Source: an uncultured Chloroflexia bacterium
Lineage (GTDB): Bacteria > Chloroflexota > Limnocylindria > Limnocylindrales > CSP1-4
NCBI GenBank assembly: GCA_963697275.1
Contig: CAVONF010000003.1
Span: forward strand, 607-64,606
Direction: 5' to 3'
Length of the DNA stretch: 64,000 bases
Part shown: positions 8,009 to 17,645 of the stretch, piece after piece
How positions within the stretch are numbered: the first letter of the stretch is position 1
Layout of the letters: each line of letters starts with the position of its first letter
Notes under the pieces: model-generated
Told to the model about the DNA's origin: nothing
The model's database searches: none
The model's input: only the letters and a program-made list of their open reading frames with translations
Position numbers and translations under genes: made by a program

Positions 8009-8452
8009 ATGCAGCACAGCCGTCAGGAGATCCGGGTGGAGGCACCCGTCGAGCACGTCTGGGCGCTCTTCGCGGACACGTCGCGCTGGGAAGAGTGGAT
8101 GCCCGCGAGGTTCTCGGAGTTCAGTGGCCCGGTGGACGAGGTCGGGACGACGTTCGTCCAGAGCGTGCGGGTCATGGGCTTCGAGCAGAAGATGACGGGC
8201 ACGGTCGTCGAGTTCGAGCCGCTGCGGCTCTACCACGATCACGTCGAACCCGGGCCGTTCGACAGCACCTTCCGCTGTGAGCCCGATGGTGAGGCGACCC
8301 GCTTCGTCTTCGAAGCCGACTACGAGCTCCCGGCCCAGCTGCCGGGCGTCGTCAAGCGTGTCGTGAACTCGGGCTGGATCGCGCGGAACCACCGCAAGAT
8401 GCTGGCCGACTTCAAGGCCCTCGCCGAGGCGAAGGTCCCGACACACGCCTGA
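8009..8452 (+). CDS. SRPBCC (START/polyketide-cyclase-like) domain protein
   Basis: Intact frame within ORF 7898..8452, starting MQHSRQEIRVEAPVEHVWALFADTSRWEEWMP, which is typical of an SRPBCC N-terminus. Confidence 0.75.
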   Translation: MQHSRQEIRVEAPVEHVWALFADTSRWEEWMPARFSEFSGPVDEVGTTFVQSVRVMGFEQKMTGTVVEFEPLRLYHDHVEPGPFDSTFRCEPDGEATRFVFEADYELPAQLPGVVKRVVNSGWIARNHRKMLADFKALAEAKVPTHA

Positions 8453-8466
8453 CCGCACCTCACTGA

Positions 8467-8490
8467 GGCCCGTCCCAGGAGCGGCGGGCC
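8467..8490 (+). terminator. conserved cassette terminator hairpin
   Basis: GGCCCGTC / GGCGGGCC stem followed by TCTTCCTGG, 15 nt after the stop. Confidence 0.55.
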
Positions 8491-8510
8491 TCTTCCTGGT
8501 CGCCCCGCAA

Positions 8511-8640
8511 CTCATGACCTCCGCCTCTTGCATCCGGAGCTACGTCCGTGGCGTCATACCCGACAGAGCGGGAGGCCATGACGCACGGCCCACGCCCTGG
8601 CCGCCGGGACCGTGCCGAGCCACTGGCGGGACCGGCCCGC
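8511..8640 (+). promoter_or_regulatory. conserved leader element L4
   Basis: CTCATGACCTCCGCCTCTTGCATCC...GTGGCGTCATAC...full 3' half. It ends 22 nt before ATG 8663. Confidence 0.75.
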
Positions 8641-8662
8641 GCATCGGGGAGGGGGTCTCAGC

Positions 8663-9408
8663 ATGCGTCAGCTCGTCTCCACAGCCCTCGTGGCCTGCAT
8701 CGTCGGGGCCCTTGCGGGGGCCAGCTTCGGAGCCATGGCCCAGGCCCCGGCCGAGCCACCGGTCACGACCACGGCGCTCAACGCGGATACGGTGGACCGC
8801 TTGAGCGCCGTCAAGGCCACGAGCAAGAAGGCCAGGCGCAAGAACAAGCTCGTGGCCACCGACTCGAAGGGCTTCCTGCCAGCCAACATCGTGAAGGCCA
8901 AGTGGGGCCTCATCGGCGGCAAGCCCGCCTTCCTGGCCGATGACCAGATCGCGTGGAACGAGGTCCAGGGCATCCCGGCGAGCCTCGCCGACGGTCAGAT
9001 CGGCTGGGCGAGGTGGCTGGCATCCCCGCGAGTCTCGCCGACGGGGTGGACGATGCCGGGGTGACGGGCCTCAAGGTCATCCGGGCGTACGGACCGGGCA
9101 CCACGATCTACGCCAATGCCACCGGCACGGCGTACGGCCGTGCCACCGTGACGTGCCCAGCGGGGTCCAAGGTCACAGGCGGCGGCTTCTTCGCGTCGAA
9201 CGCCCTCGACTTCCACCTGGGCACCTCCCTGCCGAGTGACACGACCACCTGGTACGTAGATGGCTACAACACCGAGCCCAATGGGGCTGGAGGCACCTCG
9301 GTCACCATCCAGGCCCTGGCCATCTGCATGAGCGTCGAGCCTGCGGGTGCCTTCACCTCGGCCAAGAAGGGCCCGCTGCCTGCCCGCGTGAAGCGGGCCC
9401 AGAAGTAG
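8663..9408 (+). CDS. secreted protein with tail-fibre-like W..(V/I).G(K/I)PA.LAD repeats, frameshift near 9005
   Basis: MRQLVSTALVACIVGALAGASFGAMAQAPA signal (ORF 8612..9064) joins ORF 8953..9408. It has three tandem repeats KWGLIGGKPAFLADD / WNEVQGIPASLADG / W(G)EVAGIPASLADG. Confidence 0.65.
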
Positions 9409-9489
9409 GGGTGACGGCTGGCGTGGCCATCGTGTGCTCCATCCCGCGAGGACTGTGCCACATCCCGTGTCGGACATGGCGCGAGGCAG

Positions 9490-9620
9490 GTCGTGACCTC
9501 CGCCTCTTGCACCCCGTGCTACCGATGTGGCGTCATACGCAGCAGAGCGGGAGGCCATGACGCACGGCCCACACCCTGGCCGCCGGGACCGTGTCGAGCC
9601 ACTGGCGGGACCGGCCCGCG
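9490..9620 (+). promoter_or_regulatory. conserved leader element L5
   Basis: Closest to the consensus. It ends 22 nt before ATG 9643. Confidence 0.75.
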
Positions 9621-9642
9621 TCGTGTGTCGGGGGGCAGCCTG

Positions 9643-10606
9643 ATGCGAAGGGTCGTACTGGGCGCGGCCGCGGTCGCGACCGGCACCGTGGTCTGGCTAC
9701 GCTCCGCAGGACGCCTCCGAGCGATGCCGAAGGCGGCCGCCGGTGTCTTCCCGAACGGCGTGCCATACACCCGGTGGGGCACGGCCGGCAAGAACCTCCT
9801 GTGGATTCGTGGGAGGTCCCGGCGAGTCAGCCCCGCGGGGACTGAGCGTGGTGCTGGCCAGGTTCTGGCTCCGACCGTACCTCGACAGCGGCTACACCGT
9901 CTGGATGGTGTCCCGGAAGCAGCACATGCCCATGGGCTACACCATCGCCGACATGGCCGAGGACTACGCGCAGCTGATCGCCGACCGCTTCGACGGTCGG
10001 ATCGACCTCGTGCTCGGAGAGTCCTACGGCGGCATGATCGGCTTCTGGCTGGCCGCCCGCCATCCGGAGTGCTTCGCTCACATCGCCATCGTCGCCGCCG
10101 GTGCCTACGTGCCCGATGAGCGCGCCCGGACGATCGACCTCGAGTTCGCCCGCTTGCTCGCGGGCCGGACCGGCGAGGCCGGGGCCCTACTGGTCCGGTT
10201 CCTCTACCCCGACATGCGCGTCCCGGGTGCGGCCCGGGTCGTCGGAGCGGTCCTGGGGCACCTCATGTTCGCGGAGACCCACCCCTACTACCGGCACGAC
10301 GTGCTGATCGAGGCCCAAGCCGACCTGGCGTTCGACGCCCGCGAGGTCCTGCCCGAGATCCGGGTACCCGTCCTGCTCATCGGCGGCGACCGCGACCAGT
10401 ACACACCGAAGTCGGTCTACGAGGAAACGGCGCGGCTCATCCCCGACTGCACGCTCGTGCTCTACGAGGGCAAGGACCACCTCGGAGCGATCAATGACAG
10501 GCGTCTGCACCGGGACGTGCTCGACTTCGTGGCGCGGCAGCCGAGGACCCGCTCGGCTGAACGGCCTCGCGGTCCGGTCCCTGAGCCGGTCGTCGGCAGG
10601 GCCTGA
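9643..10606 (+). CDS. alpha/beta hydrolase, N-terminal TM/signal anchor, frameshift near 9808
   Basis: [19 protein letters not shown] (frame of ORF 9493..10119) joins ORF 9743..10606, with nucleophile elbow GESYGG and the late motif GGDRDQYTP...GKDH. Confidence 0.75.
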
Positions 10607-10613
10607 CCGCTTG

Positions 10614-10745
10614 TTCGTGACCTCCGCCTCTTGCACCCGGTGCTACCGCCGTGGCCTCATACCCCACAGAGCGGGAGGCCACGACGCACGGCCCACGCCC
10701 TGGCCGCCGGGACCGTGTCGAGCCACTGGCGGACCCGGCCCGCCC
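10614..10745 (+). promoter_or_regulatory. conserved leader element L6
   Basis: Starts 8 nt after the hydrolase stop and ends 20 nt before ATG 10766. Confidence 0.75.
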
Positions 10746-10765
10746 GGGCTAGAGGGGGTGTCGTG

Positions 10766-11582
10766 ATGCGCCGAGTCGTTTCCTCGCGGGTGTGACGAGG
10801 CCGCCGTCACGGGCGTCGCGTTCGCTCACGACCGCCTCCCGAGGTCAAGGACCGGAGACATCCCTGTCGTCCGGGGACGATACGCAGTACACGTGGTACG
10901 CACCGGGCGGACCGGAGGGCTTCTGGTTCAACGGGCCCGTGGGCTGGGCCTTCGCGAGGATCCAGCCGCTCAGCCACGCGGGCGTCTACACGGTCGTGGC
11001 CGAGATGCTCGACCTGCGGCCCGAGGACGAGTTGCTGGACATCGGCTGCGGACCCGGAGCGTTCCTGGCCACGAAGGCGCGGACAGGTGCGACGGGTCGT
11101 CGGGCCTCGATGCCTCCCCGACCATGCTGCACGCGGCCGAGAAGCGCCTGACGGAGCGCATCGCCGCGGGCACGGCCCGGCTCGTGCGGACCAGCTCCAT
11201 CGAGCTGCCCTTCGGCGACGACGAGTTCACGGCGGTCACGGCCATCACCGCGCCGGCCAACCTCGCCGAGGTGCTCCGGGTGCTCCGCCCGGGCGGACGC
11301 TTCGTGTGGGTGGACGAACTCACCGCCGACCCGAAGAAGCCCTCCGCCGAGCGGACGGGCCGCTTCGGCTGGAGCGAAGCCGACTTCCGAGGCATCCTCG
11401 GGGATGCCGGCTTCATCGAGCTGTCCGTCCGCTACGAGGACGTGTCGTTCCTCGCCGACAACCGCATCGTCGCCTGCCGCAAGCCGGCCGCGACGCGACC
11501 GGAGGCAGCGGTCGGCATCGGCGAGCCAATGGTTGACGCCGAGAAGGATGCGACCCCGGCGGAGCCCATTCCCACCGGCTGA
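10766..11582 (+). CDS. class I SAM-dependent methyltransferase, several frame changes (about 10790, 11070-11110)
   Basis: Motif I LLDIGCGPGAF (ORF 10792..11151), then VVGLDASPTMLHAAEKRL...LRPGGRFVWVD (ORF 10893..11582). Confidence 0.7.
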
Positions 11583-11632
11583 CGATGGGCCCGACCAGGC
11601 AGGACGTGCTCGCTGACGAAAGGAGGCCAGGG

Positions 11633-12333
11633 ATGGAGACCGAGAACTGGTATCTCAATCACAAGTCCGAGATCATGCGGCAGGTGAGGCTCTTCGTCCG
11701 GCCCTGCAGGAAAGACCTTACCGAGGCCTACGGCAAGGCGGAGGGAGAGGCCATCGCCAAGGAGACGCTGCAGGGCCTCGAGGTCCTGCTCCCAGACCTC
11801 CCCTACATCGGCGGTGATGAGAACCGCCTCACCCAGGCCCTGTACGTGACGGCTGCCTGGCTGGCCATGTACCGCTCGCTCCGGGCGCGTGGGGCCTCGG
11901 TCGAGGAGGCCGCCCGCCTCATCTACCAGGGGACAGCGAGCTTCTTCGACAGCTTCCCGACACGCTGGCTCATGCGCTGGCAGGGCCGACGGATGCTCCG
12001 GCCGGAAGTTCCTCGAGCAGCGCAAGCACGTGGCCGCCATCAGCCAGCAACGCCGTTACCGCGGACGACTGGGTGTTCGAGTTCGTCGAGGGCGACGGGC
12101 ACGACTTCGCGTTCGGCGCGGACTACACCGAGTGCGGGGTCGTCAAGTACCTCGCCCGCGAAGGTGCCCCGGAGCTCGCTCCGTACCGGTGCTGGCTCGA
12201 CTACCCCCAGTTCGCCGCGATGCACCTGCGGCTCGACCGGACCGAGACGATCGCGCAGGGCGGGCAGCGCTGCGACTTCCGGGTCAGTCGGCGGAAGCCT
12301 GTGCAAGTCGAGCCGGAGTTCCTGCACGCCTGA
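11633..12333 (+). CDS. L-2-amino-thiazoline-4-carboxylate (ATC) hydrolase family protein, 2 frame changes
   Basis: AAGGAGG RBS, METENWYLNHKSEIMRQV (ORF 11585..12637) joins the 11889 frame and ORF 12073..12333 (CGVVKYLAREGAPELAPYRCWLDYPQF...TIAQGGQRCDFRV). Confidence 0.65.
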
Positions 12334-12344
12334 CGGACCCGGCG

Positions 12345-12363
12345 ACAGGGCCGGGCGCCCTGT
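12345..12363 (+). terminator. hairpin after ATC hydrolase gene
   Basis: ACAGGGC / GCCCTGT 7-bp stem with a 5-nt loop. Confidence 0.4.
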
Positions 12364-12397
12364 TCACGCCCATGGGCCCAGCCGGGCGACCCACCGT

Positions 12398-12691
12398 TCA
12401 CGCCCGGTGCGTCCGGCGCCTGACGCGCGAGCGGCAGCGCTCCCCGCAGACGACCGCCTGACGGCGCCGGCCGGCGAGCGACACGCCGCAGCCCGGGCAG
12501 ACGCGTCCGCCGGGACGGCGGCCGCTGGCGGTGCGGTGGGCCTCGCACCAGACCAGGGGGCGGCCAGAGCCCGATCGGGCCTCCAGCTCGACGCCGCACG
12601 CGCGGCAATGGCGAGGTGGGGTGACCAGCGCCCGTAGCTGCGCCGTGCCCAACCGCGCCACGGCCTCGAGGCCATCCATCACGACCATCAC
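12398..12691 (-). CDS. small zinc-ribbon protein, paralog of 2934..3227
   Basis: ORF 12398..12691, MMVVMDGLEAVARLGTAQLRALVTPPRHCRACG...CPGCG...RRRQAVVCGERCRSRVRRR. Confidence 0.65.
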   Translation of the reverse strand: MMVVMDGLEAVARLGTAQLRALVTPPRHCRACGVELEARSGSGRPLVWCEAHRTASGRRPGGRVCPGCGVSLAGRRRQAVVCGERCRSRVRRRTHRA

Positions 12692-12775
12692 CCCAACGGG
12701 CGACCGGGTTTCCGCATCAATACGGCGTAATCAGGCGAAACTCGGCCGCGCGCGTAACGTGCGGCGTGGTCAGAC
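12398..12775. repeat. segmental duplication C, copy 2
   Basis: See 2934-3305. Here the upstream block overlaps the intact 3' end of the MFS gene. Confidence 0.75.
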
Positions 12776-14021
12776 CCGGCAACGACCGGGGCATGCGCGC
12801 CATGATCAGGCCGGTCTTGGCGGTGGCTCCGAAGATCAGGCCCAGGCCCAGGAATGCGAGGGGAGCGATGAACCACCAGTACGTCGTCTCGGCGCTCGCG
12901 AGTGCGAACAGTGCGGTCGCGGCGGCCATCATGAGCATCGACGCGAGGATGACGCGCACATAGCCATGACGACGCGTCAGCACCGGGGCGTAGAGGCCGC
13001 CGAGGAACAGCGGCACGATGTGCGGGATGAGCGCAGCGACCGCCAGCCATTCGCCCCAGTCGCGGACGATCTGCAGGTACGACCCGAAGTAGAGCAACGG
13101 CGCATTGAGGGCGAAGGACATGAACACCCCCACGAACAGCGCCACGATGATCATCCGGCTGGGCGTGACGCCTGCTGGGAAGATGCCCCTGCCCCGCCGG
13201 CGTCGGATGACGGCGATCGCGAGCCCGATCGCTCCGAGCAGCAGGAGGCCGAGCATGGCGAGGACATCCGCTTCGCCCGGGAGCAGCACGATGAGGAAGG
13301 TCGCGATGGTCAGTGGGATGGCCGCGGTGAGTGCCTGACCCATGACGTGCCTTCGCTTCAGTTCGCTGGCCGAGCGGCGCTCCGGTACGCGTGACCAGAC
13401 GAGGTAGAAGGCGAGGCTGCCTGCCGCCAGGGGCAGGAAGTAGATCGCCCACACGCCGATGAGGTCGTGGAGCACGTCCTGGATGACCGGCGCGACGATC
13501 TGGGCCACGCCCATCGACGCCAGCCCCAGGCCGATCCCGATGTCCTGCACCGTGCGTTCGGGGAAGGCATCGGCCACGATGGCGATGCCCAGGGGCATGG
13601 CAAAGCCGCTCCAGAAGGCTCCCAGAAGCCCGGCGATGAGCAGCCCCTCGTCGCTCTGGAAGACCATCCCGAAGAGGCACGTCGCCAGCAGTCCCGCGAG
13701 ACCGGCGAGCAGCCAACGCCGATGTCCGGTGACGTCGCCGGTGGCACCGCCGAGCAGCAACGTCCCGGCGCCGAGTGCGATGCCGGCGATGACGACGAGG
13801 CCCAGCGAGCCGGGGTCCTGCTTGAGGTTCCGCTGGATGGCTTCCGCGCCGGGCGAGAAGTAGGGCGGGAAGATCGACAGCGCGAACATCGCAGCGACGC
13901 TGGCCAGCAGCACGCTGACCCGCTCCGGCTGTTCCCACAGTGCCGGGACCTCCGGCGGCACCCGTCCGCGGTAGCGGTCCGGGATGCGGCCCAACAGCCG
14001 ATCTGGCAGGCGTTCACTCAC
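12717..14021 (-). CDS. MFS transporter (434 aa, intact)
   Basis: Single uninterrupted ORF 12717..14021 with about 12 hydrophobic helices. Confidence 0.8.
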   Translation of the reverse strand: MSERLPDRLLGRIPDRYRGRVPPEVPALWEQPERVSVLLASVAAMFALSIFPPYFSPGAEAIQRNLKQDPGSLGLVVIAGIALGAGTLLLGGATGDVTGHRRWLLAGLAGLLATCLFGMVFQSDEGLLIAGLLGAFWSGFAMPLGIAIVADAFPERTVQDIGIGLGLASMGVAQIVAPVIQDVLHDLIGVWAIYFLPLAAGSLAFYLVWSRVPERRSASELKRRHVMGQALTAAIPLTIATFLIVLLPGEADVLAMLGLLLLGAIGLAIAVIRRRRGRGIFPAGVTPSRMIIVALFVGVFMSFALNAPLLYFGSYLQIVRDWGEWLAVAALIPHIVPLFLGGLYAPVLTRRHGYVRVILASMLMMAAATALFALASAETTYWWFIAPLAFLGLGLIFGATAKTGLIMARMPRSLPGLTTPHVTRAAEFRLITPY

Positions 14022-14148
14022 GCGGACGAGCCTCGGGTCATCATCCCGATGCTAGGACGTCGCCGCCATCGGATTCCGGAAGTGTGCCGCACAGGCGCTT
14101 CCGGGGGCACGATACTGTGCGCGCATCACCCGCACCGCGGAGCCCACC

Positions 14149-16549
14149 GTGAACGAGCAGGCGACGGCGTCCGAACCGAAGACAGCGTTCGAGGAGCGGC
14201 TTCAGACGGCGCCCCAGAAGCCTGGTCTGGCGCATCGCATCGCGTCTGTCTGGAAAGACGAGTACGACACGGCCATGAACTGGCCACGTGGCAAGCGGCA
14301 CCTCGTCACGCGCGGTCTGACCATCCTTATCATCAACACCATCGCGCTGCTGCTCGTGAGCGAGTTCATGGACGGCATCCACTTCTCCGGCGACGCCTGG
14401 GAGGACATCTTCGCGGCGCTGCTGGTCACGCTCGTTGCCGGCGCGTTCACGTTCCTGGTCCGTCCGTCGTCTTCGTGGCCCTGGGCATCAACAACGTCCT
14501 CGTGACCGCGGTCCTGACCATCGTCTTCATGGGCCTGACCCTGCTGGTCGGCGCGGCTCGTGCCAGGCATCGAGGTCGATGGATTCATCGTCGCCTTCAT
14601 CGCCTCGATCCTCATCGCCGCGGTCAATACCATCCTCGTGGGCATCATCGGGCTCGACGAGGACGAGTCCTTCTTCCGTCACTCGATGAAGCGCATGGCA
14701 CGGGTGGGCGGCGATGTCGACGACCGGCCAGGCCCGGGCTTCGTCATCCTCCAGATCGACGGGCTCGCTGAGCCCATCCTGCGCGACGCCCTGCGCACCG
14801 GCTACATGCCGTTCCTCAATGACTGGCTCAGCAACGGCACGCACCGCCTGGGCAAGTACGAGGCGCTGGCACCGTCGATGACCAGCGCCGGCCAGGTGGG
14901 CATCCTCCACGGCGTCCAGCCGGGCATCCCCGCGTTCCGCTGGTGGGAGAAGGAACGCAACTACCTCATGGTCAGCAACCATCCCGACGACGCCTTCGAG
15001 ATCGAGCGCCGGGCATCGAACGAGCGGGACCTGCTGCGTGACGGGGGCGCCAGCATCAGCAACCTCGTGTCGGGTGGAGCCACGCGTGCCATCGCCACAA
15101 ACAGCCAGCTGGGCAAGCAGGGCCAGGGACTGCAGATGAAGTCCTTCAGCATGTTCCTGTACAACCCTTACAACCTGACTCGCGGGATCGCCCAGTTCGT
15201 GACCGCGGTCATCGTCGAGTACTTCCAGGCCCGGCGGCAGCGAGTCCGCGATGTCAAGCCGCGCATCGCCCGGGGCATGCCCTTCCCCTTCCTGAAGGCC
15301 AGCACCACAACCATCCTGCGCGACATGGTCGTCGATCTCATCATCGGCGAGATGGGCCGGGGTACGCCCGTCATCTACGCGGACTACCTGGGCTACGACG
15401 AGGTCGCCCACCACGCCGGCCCGGAGCGGCCTGAGACGATGCAGCAGCTGGACCGCGTCGATCGCATGATGCGCTCGCTCTCGCGCGCCGCCGAGGATGC
15501 GCCTCGCGACTACCATTTCATCCTCGTCTCGGACCACGGCCAGACCCAGGGCGCGCCCTTCGAGGACCGCTACGGTATCGGCCTCGAGGAGCTGGTGCGC
15601 TCGCTCATGGAGGGTGACGTCAGCTCGCTCGACGCCTCGAACGATGTCGAGGGCTGGGGGCCCATCAACACCTTCCTGACCGAGGCCAGCCGAGCGCCAG
15701 GGGCCTCAGGCCGCATCGTCAGCCGCGCACTGCGCAGCGACACCGAGGACGGCGTCGTCCACCTCAACGACGAGGCCGAGGTCAAGGGGGCGACGCGGCG
15801 AGGACGAGATTCCCGACCTGATCGTCGCCGCCTCGGGCAACCTCGCCAACATCTACTTCACCGAGATCCGCGAGCGCGTCAGCCTCGAGGGCATCGCCAG
15901 GATGCACCCCGAGCTCATGCCCGGGCTCATCCGCCACGAGGGCATCGGCTTCATCATGGTGCGCTCCGAGGAGCACGGGCCCCTGGTCATCAGCCGCGAC
16001 GGGGTGCGCAACCTCGAGACCGACGAGGTCGAGGGCGAGGACCCGCTGCGCTGGTACAGCGAGCACACCGCCGGCAACCTGCGCGAGCTCGACTCGTACC
16101 AGCACATCGGCGACATCTTCATCATCAGCATGTACGACCCTTCGACCGAGGAGGTCGCGCCCTTCGAGCACCAGGTCGGCTCACACGGCGGCCTCGGCGG
16201 CCTGCAGACGAAGGCCTTCGTGATGTATCCCGCCGCCTTCGCCACCCAGGACAAGACGGTCGACCTCGTCGGCGCGCAGGAGGTCAACCGCAAGATCCAC
16301 GAGTGGATGGACCGGGCCAAGGAGCTCTACACGACCGGCGCGGCGCCGGAGGAGGTCGCCGTCGAGGAGGAGCACGAGCTGCCCTCGGTGCTCAGGACCA
16401 ACGAGCGCGACATGCCGAAGAAGGCGTCCCAGCAAGCGCGTCGGAGCAGCCAGGAAGGGCCGATCCGCCGACAAGGGCGCAGCCGCAGCGGGTGCGTCGG
16501 AGGACCGATGACGGACGGATCCCGAGCCCACCCGGGCAGACTCGGATGA
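14149..16549 (+). CDS. phage-holin-family-4 (DUF360-like) membrane domain fused to alkaline-phosphatase/nucleotide-pyrophosphatase family domain; at least 3 frame changes
   Basis: ORF 14149..14505 (LTILIINTIALLLVSEFMDGIHF), the 13467 frame (VFVALGINNVLVTAVLTIVFMGL), ORF 14560.. (VPGIEVDGFIVAFIASILIAAVN, ILQIDGL, YDEVAHHAG, LVSDHGQTQG), and ORF 15902..16549 (FEHQVGSHGGLGG). Confidence 0.7.
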
Positions 16550-16604
16550 GCCGGCCACGGGCGCAGCGACCCAAGAGGCTGCCGACCGGTCGGCCCGCAA
16601 GCGG

Positions 16605-17645
16605 ATGCTCATCGGTCTCGGCGGCACGCTACTGGTCCTGGTCGTCGTCTTCTGGTTCATCTTCACCTTCGTCATCGACCCGCAGGTCGTGGTCGACGCC
16701 TTCCTCAGCCTCGACCCTGTGGCAGCTCGCGGTCCTGGCGCTGATGTCCGCCGCCACGTACGTCCTGCTGGGCATCACGCTTCAGGAACATCGCTGGGTG
16801 ACCTGGGCGTCAAGGACGCCACGCTGGGCATGCTCGCTTCGCTCGCGGTCAAGGGCTCGATCCCCGGACCGATGGACACGGCCTTCCGCTTCCGTCTGGC
16901 GATCGCCTACGACTACTCGGTCGAGGAGTCGACGCTCAGCGCCGCCATGCTCAAGGCGCTCGACTGGATCGCGCGCCTGCTGATGATCCCCATCGCCATC
17001 GGCATCCTGCTCATCTTTGGCCAGGGCATCGCCGGCCTCGAGTGGCTCGCCGTTCTTGGCCTGACCGTCAGCATCGTGGGCATCGCGCTGCTCGTCGGCG
17101 TCGTCCGGTCGGAGCGCCTCGCGAAATGGGTCGGGGACAGGTTGCAGGATGCGGTCGGCTGGCTCATGGGCAGGCTGAATCGCGAGCCCCCGCACGGGCT
17201 GACCGACCGGGTCATGGGCCTGCGCGAGATGGGCAGCACGCTGTTGGATACGACCGGTCTGCTGGGCCTCGGGCTGCAGATCATCATCCAGGCCGCCTGG
17301 GCCTCCATCCTCACGCTGGCGATGGCCTTCGTGGGAGTCGACTTCGACATCCTGGCGGTATCGGTCGTGTGGGCCTCGGTCGCACTCGTGTACATGCTGC
17401 CCATCGGGCCCGGCTTCATCGAGATCGCCTACGTCGCGCTCTTCGGACTCGCCATCGGCTTCGACGACCCGATGCTGGATCTCGCCGTGGCCGGCGTCAT
17501 GATCTTCCGCCTCTTCCAGTGGCTCATCCCGATCCCCATCGGCTACGGCCTCATCTTCTACTGGCAGAGACGCGACAACTTCAACCTGCTCTCGACCGAG
17601 TCAGCCCAGGTACCGGCTGGTAAGCCCGGCGAAGGTGAAGCGTGA
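16605..17645 (+). CDS. UPF0104 / lysylphosphatidylglycerol-synthase-TM-like membrane protein, 2 frame changes near 16715-16790
   Basis: ORF 16605..17645, with an internal segment read in the 14560 frame (LWQLAVLALMSAATYVLLGITLQE). Multi-TM. Confidence 0.65.
   Translation: MLIGLGGTLLVLVVVFWFIFTFVIDPQVVVDAFLSLDPVAARGPGADVRRHVRPAGHHASGTSLGDLGVKDATLGMLASLAVKGSIPGPMDTAFRFRLAIAYDYSVEESTLSAAMLKALDWIARLLMIPIAIGILLIFGQGIAGLEWLAVLGLTVSIVGIALLVGVVRSERLAKWVGDRLQDAVGWLMGRLNREPPHGLTDRVMGLREMGSTLLDTTGLLGLGLQIIIQAAWASILTLAMAFVGVDFDILAVSVVWASVALVYMLPIGPGFIEIAYVALFGLAIGFDDPMLDLAVAGVMIFRLFQWLIPIPIGYGLIFYWQRRDNFNLLSTESAQVPAGKPGEGEA

Noticed and set aside
9490-9600. CGUGAC ... CCGCCGGG reminiscent of the ZTP (pfl) riboswitch.
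   Set aside because: It lacks the GGGUCGUGACUGGCG and CCGCCUGGGC consensus strings and the expected pseudoknot spacing.
9596-9606. GCCACTGGCGG resembles the cobalamin riboswitch B12 box (GCCACUG).
   Set aside because: The other conserved cobalamin features (GGGAA..GGUG.AA..CC core, CCCGC immediately before the box) are absent. The cargo genes are unrelated to B12.
7861-10745. Regularly spaced direct repeats that might be a CRISPR array.
   Set aside because: The repeats are about 125 nt, and the spacers are 0.5-1 kb and contain complete genes. No cas genes are present.
7861-10745. Classical integron attC sites.
   Set aside because: There are no RYYYAAC / GTTRRRY core sites at the element ends and no intI-like tyrosine recombinase in the window. 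The resemblance is only architectural.
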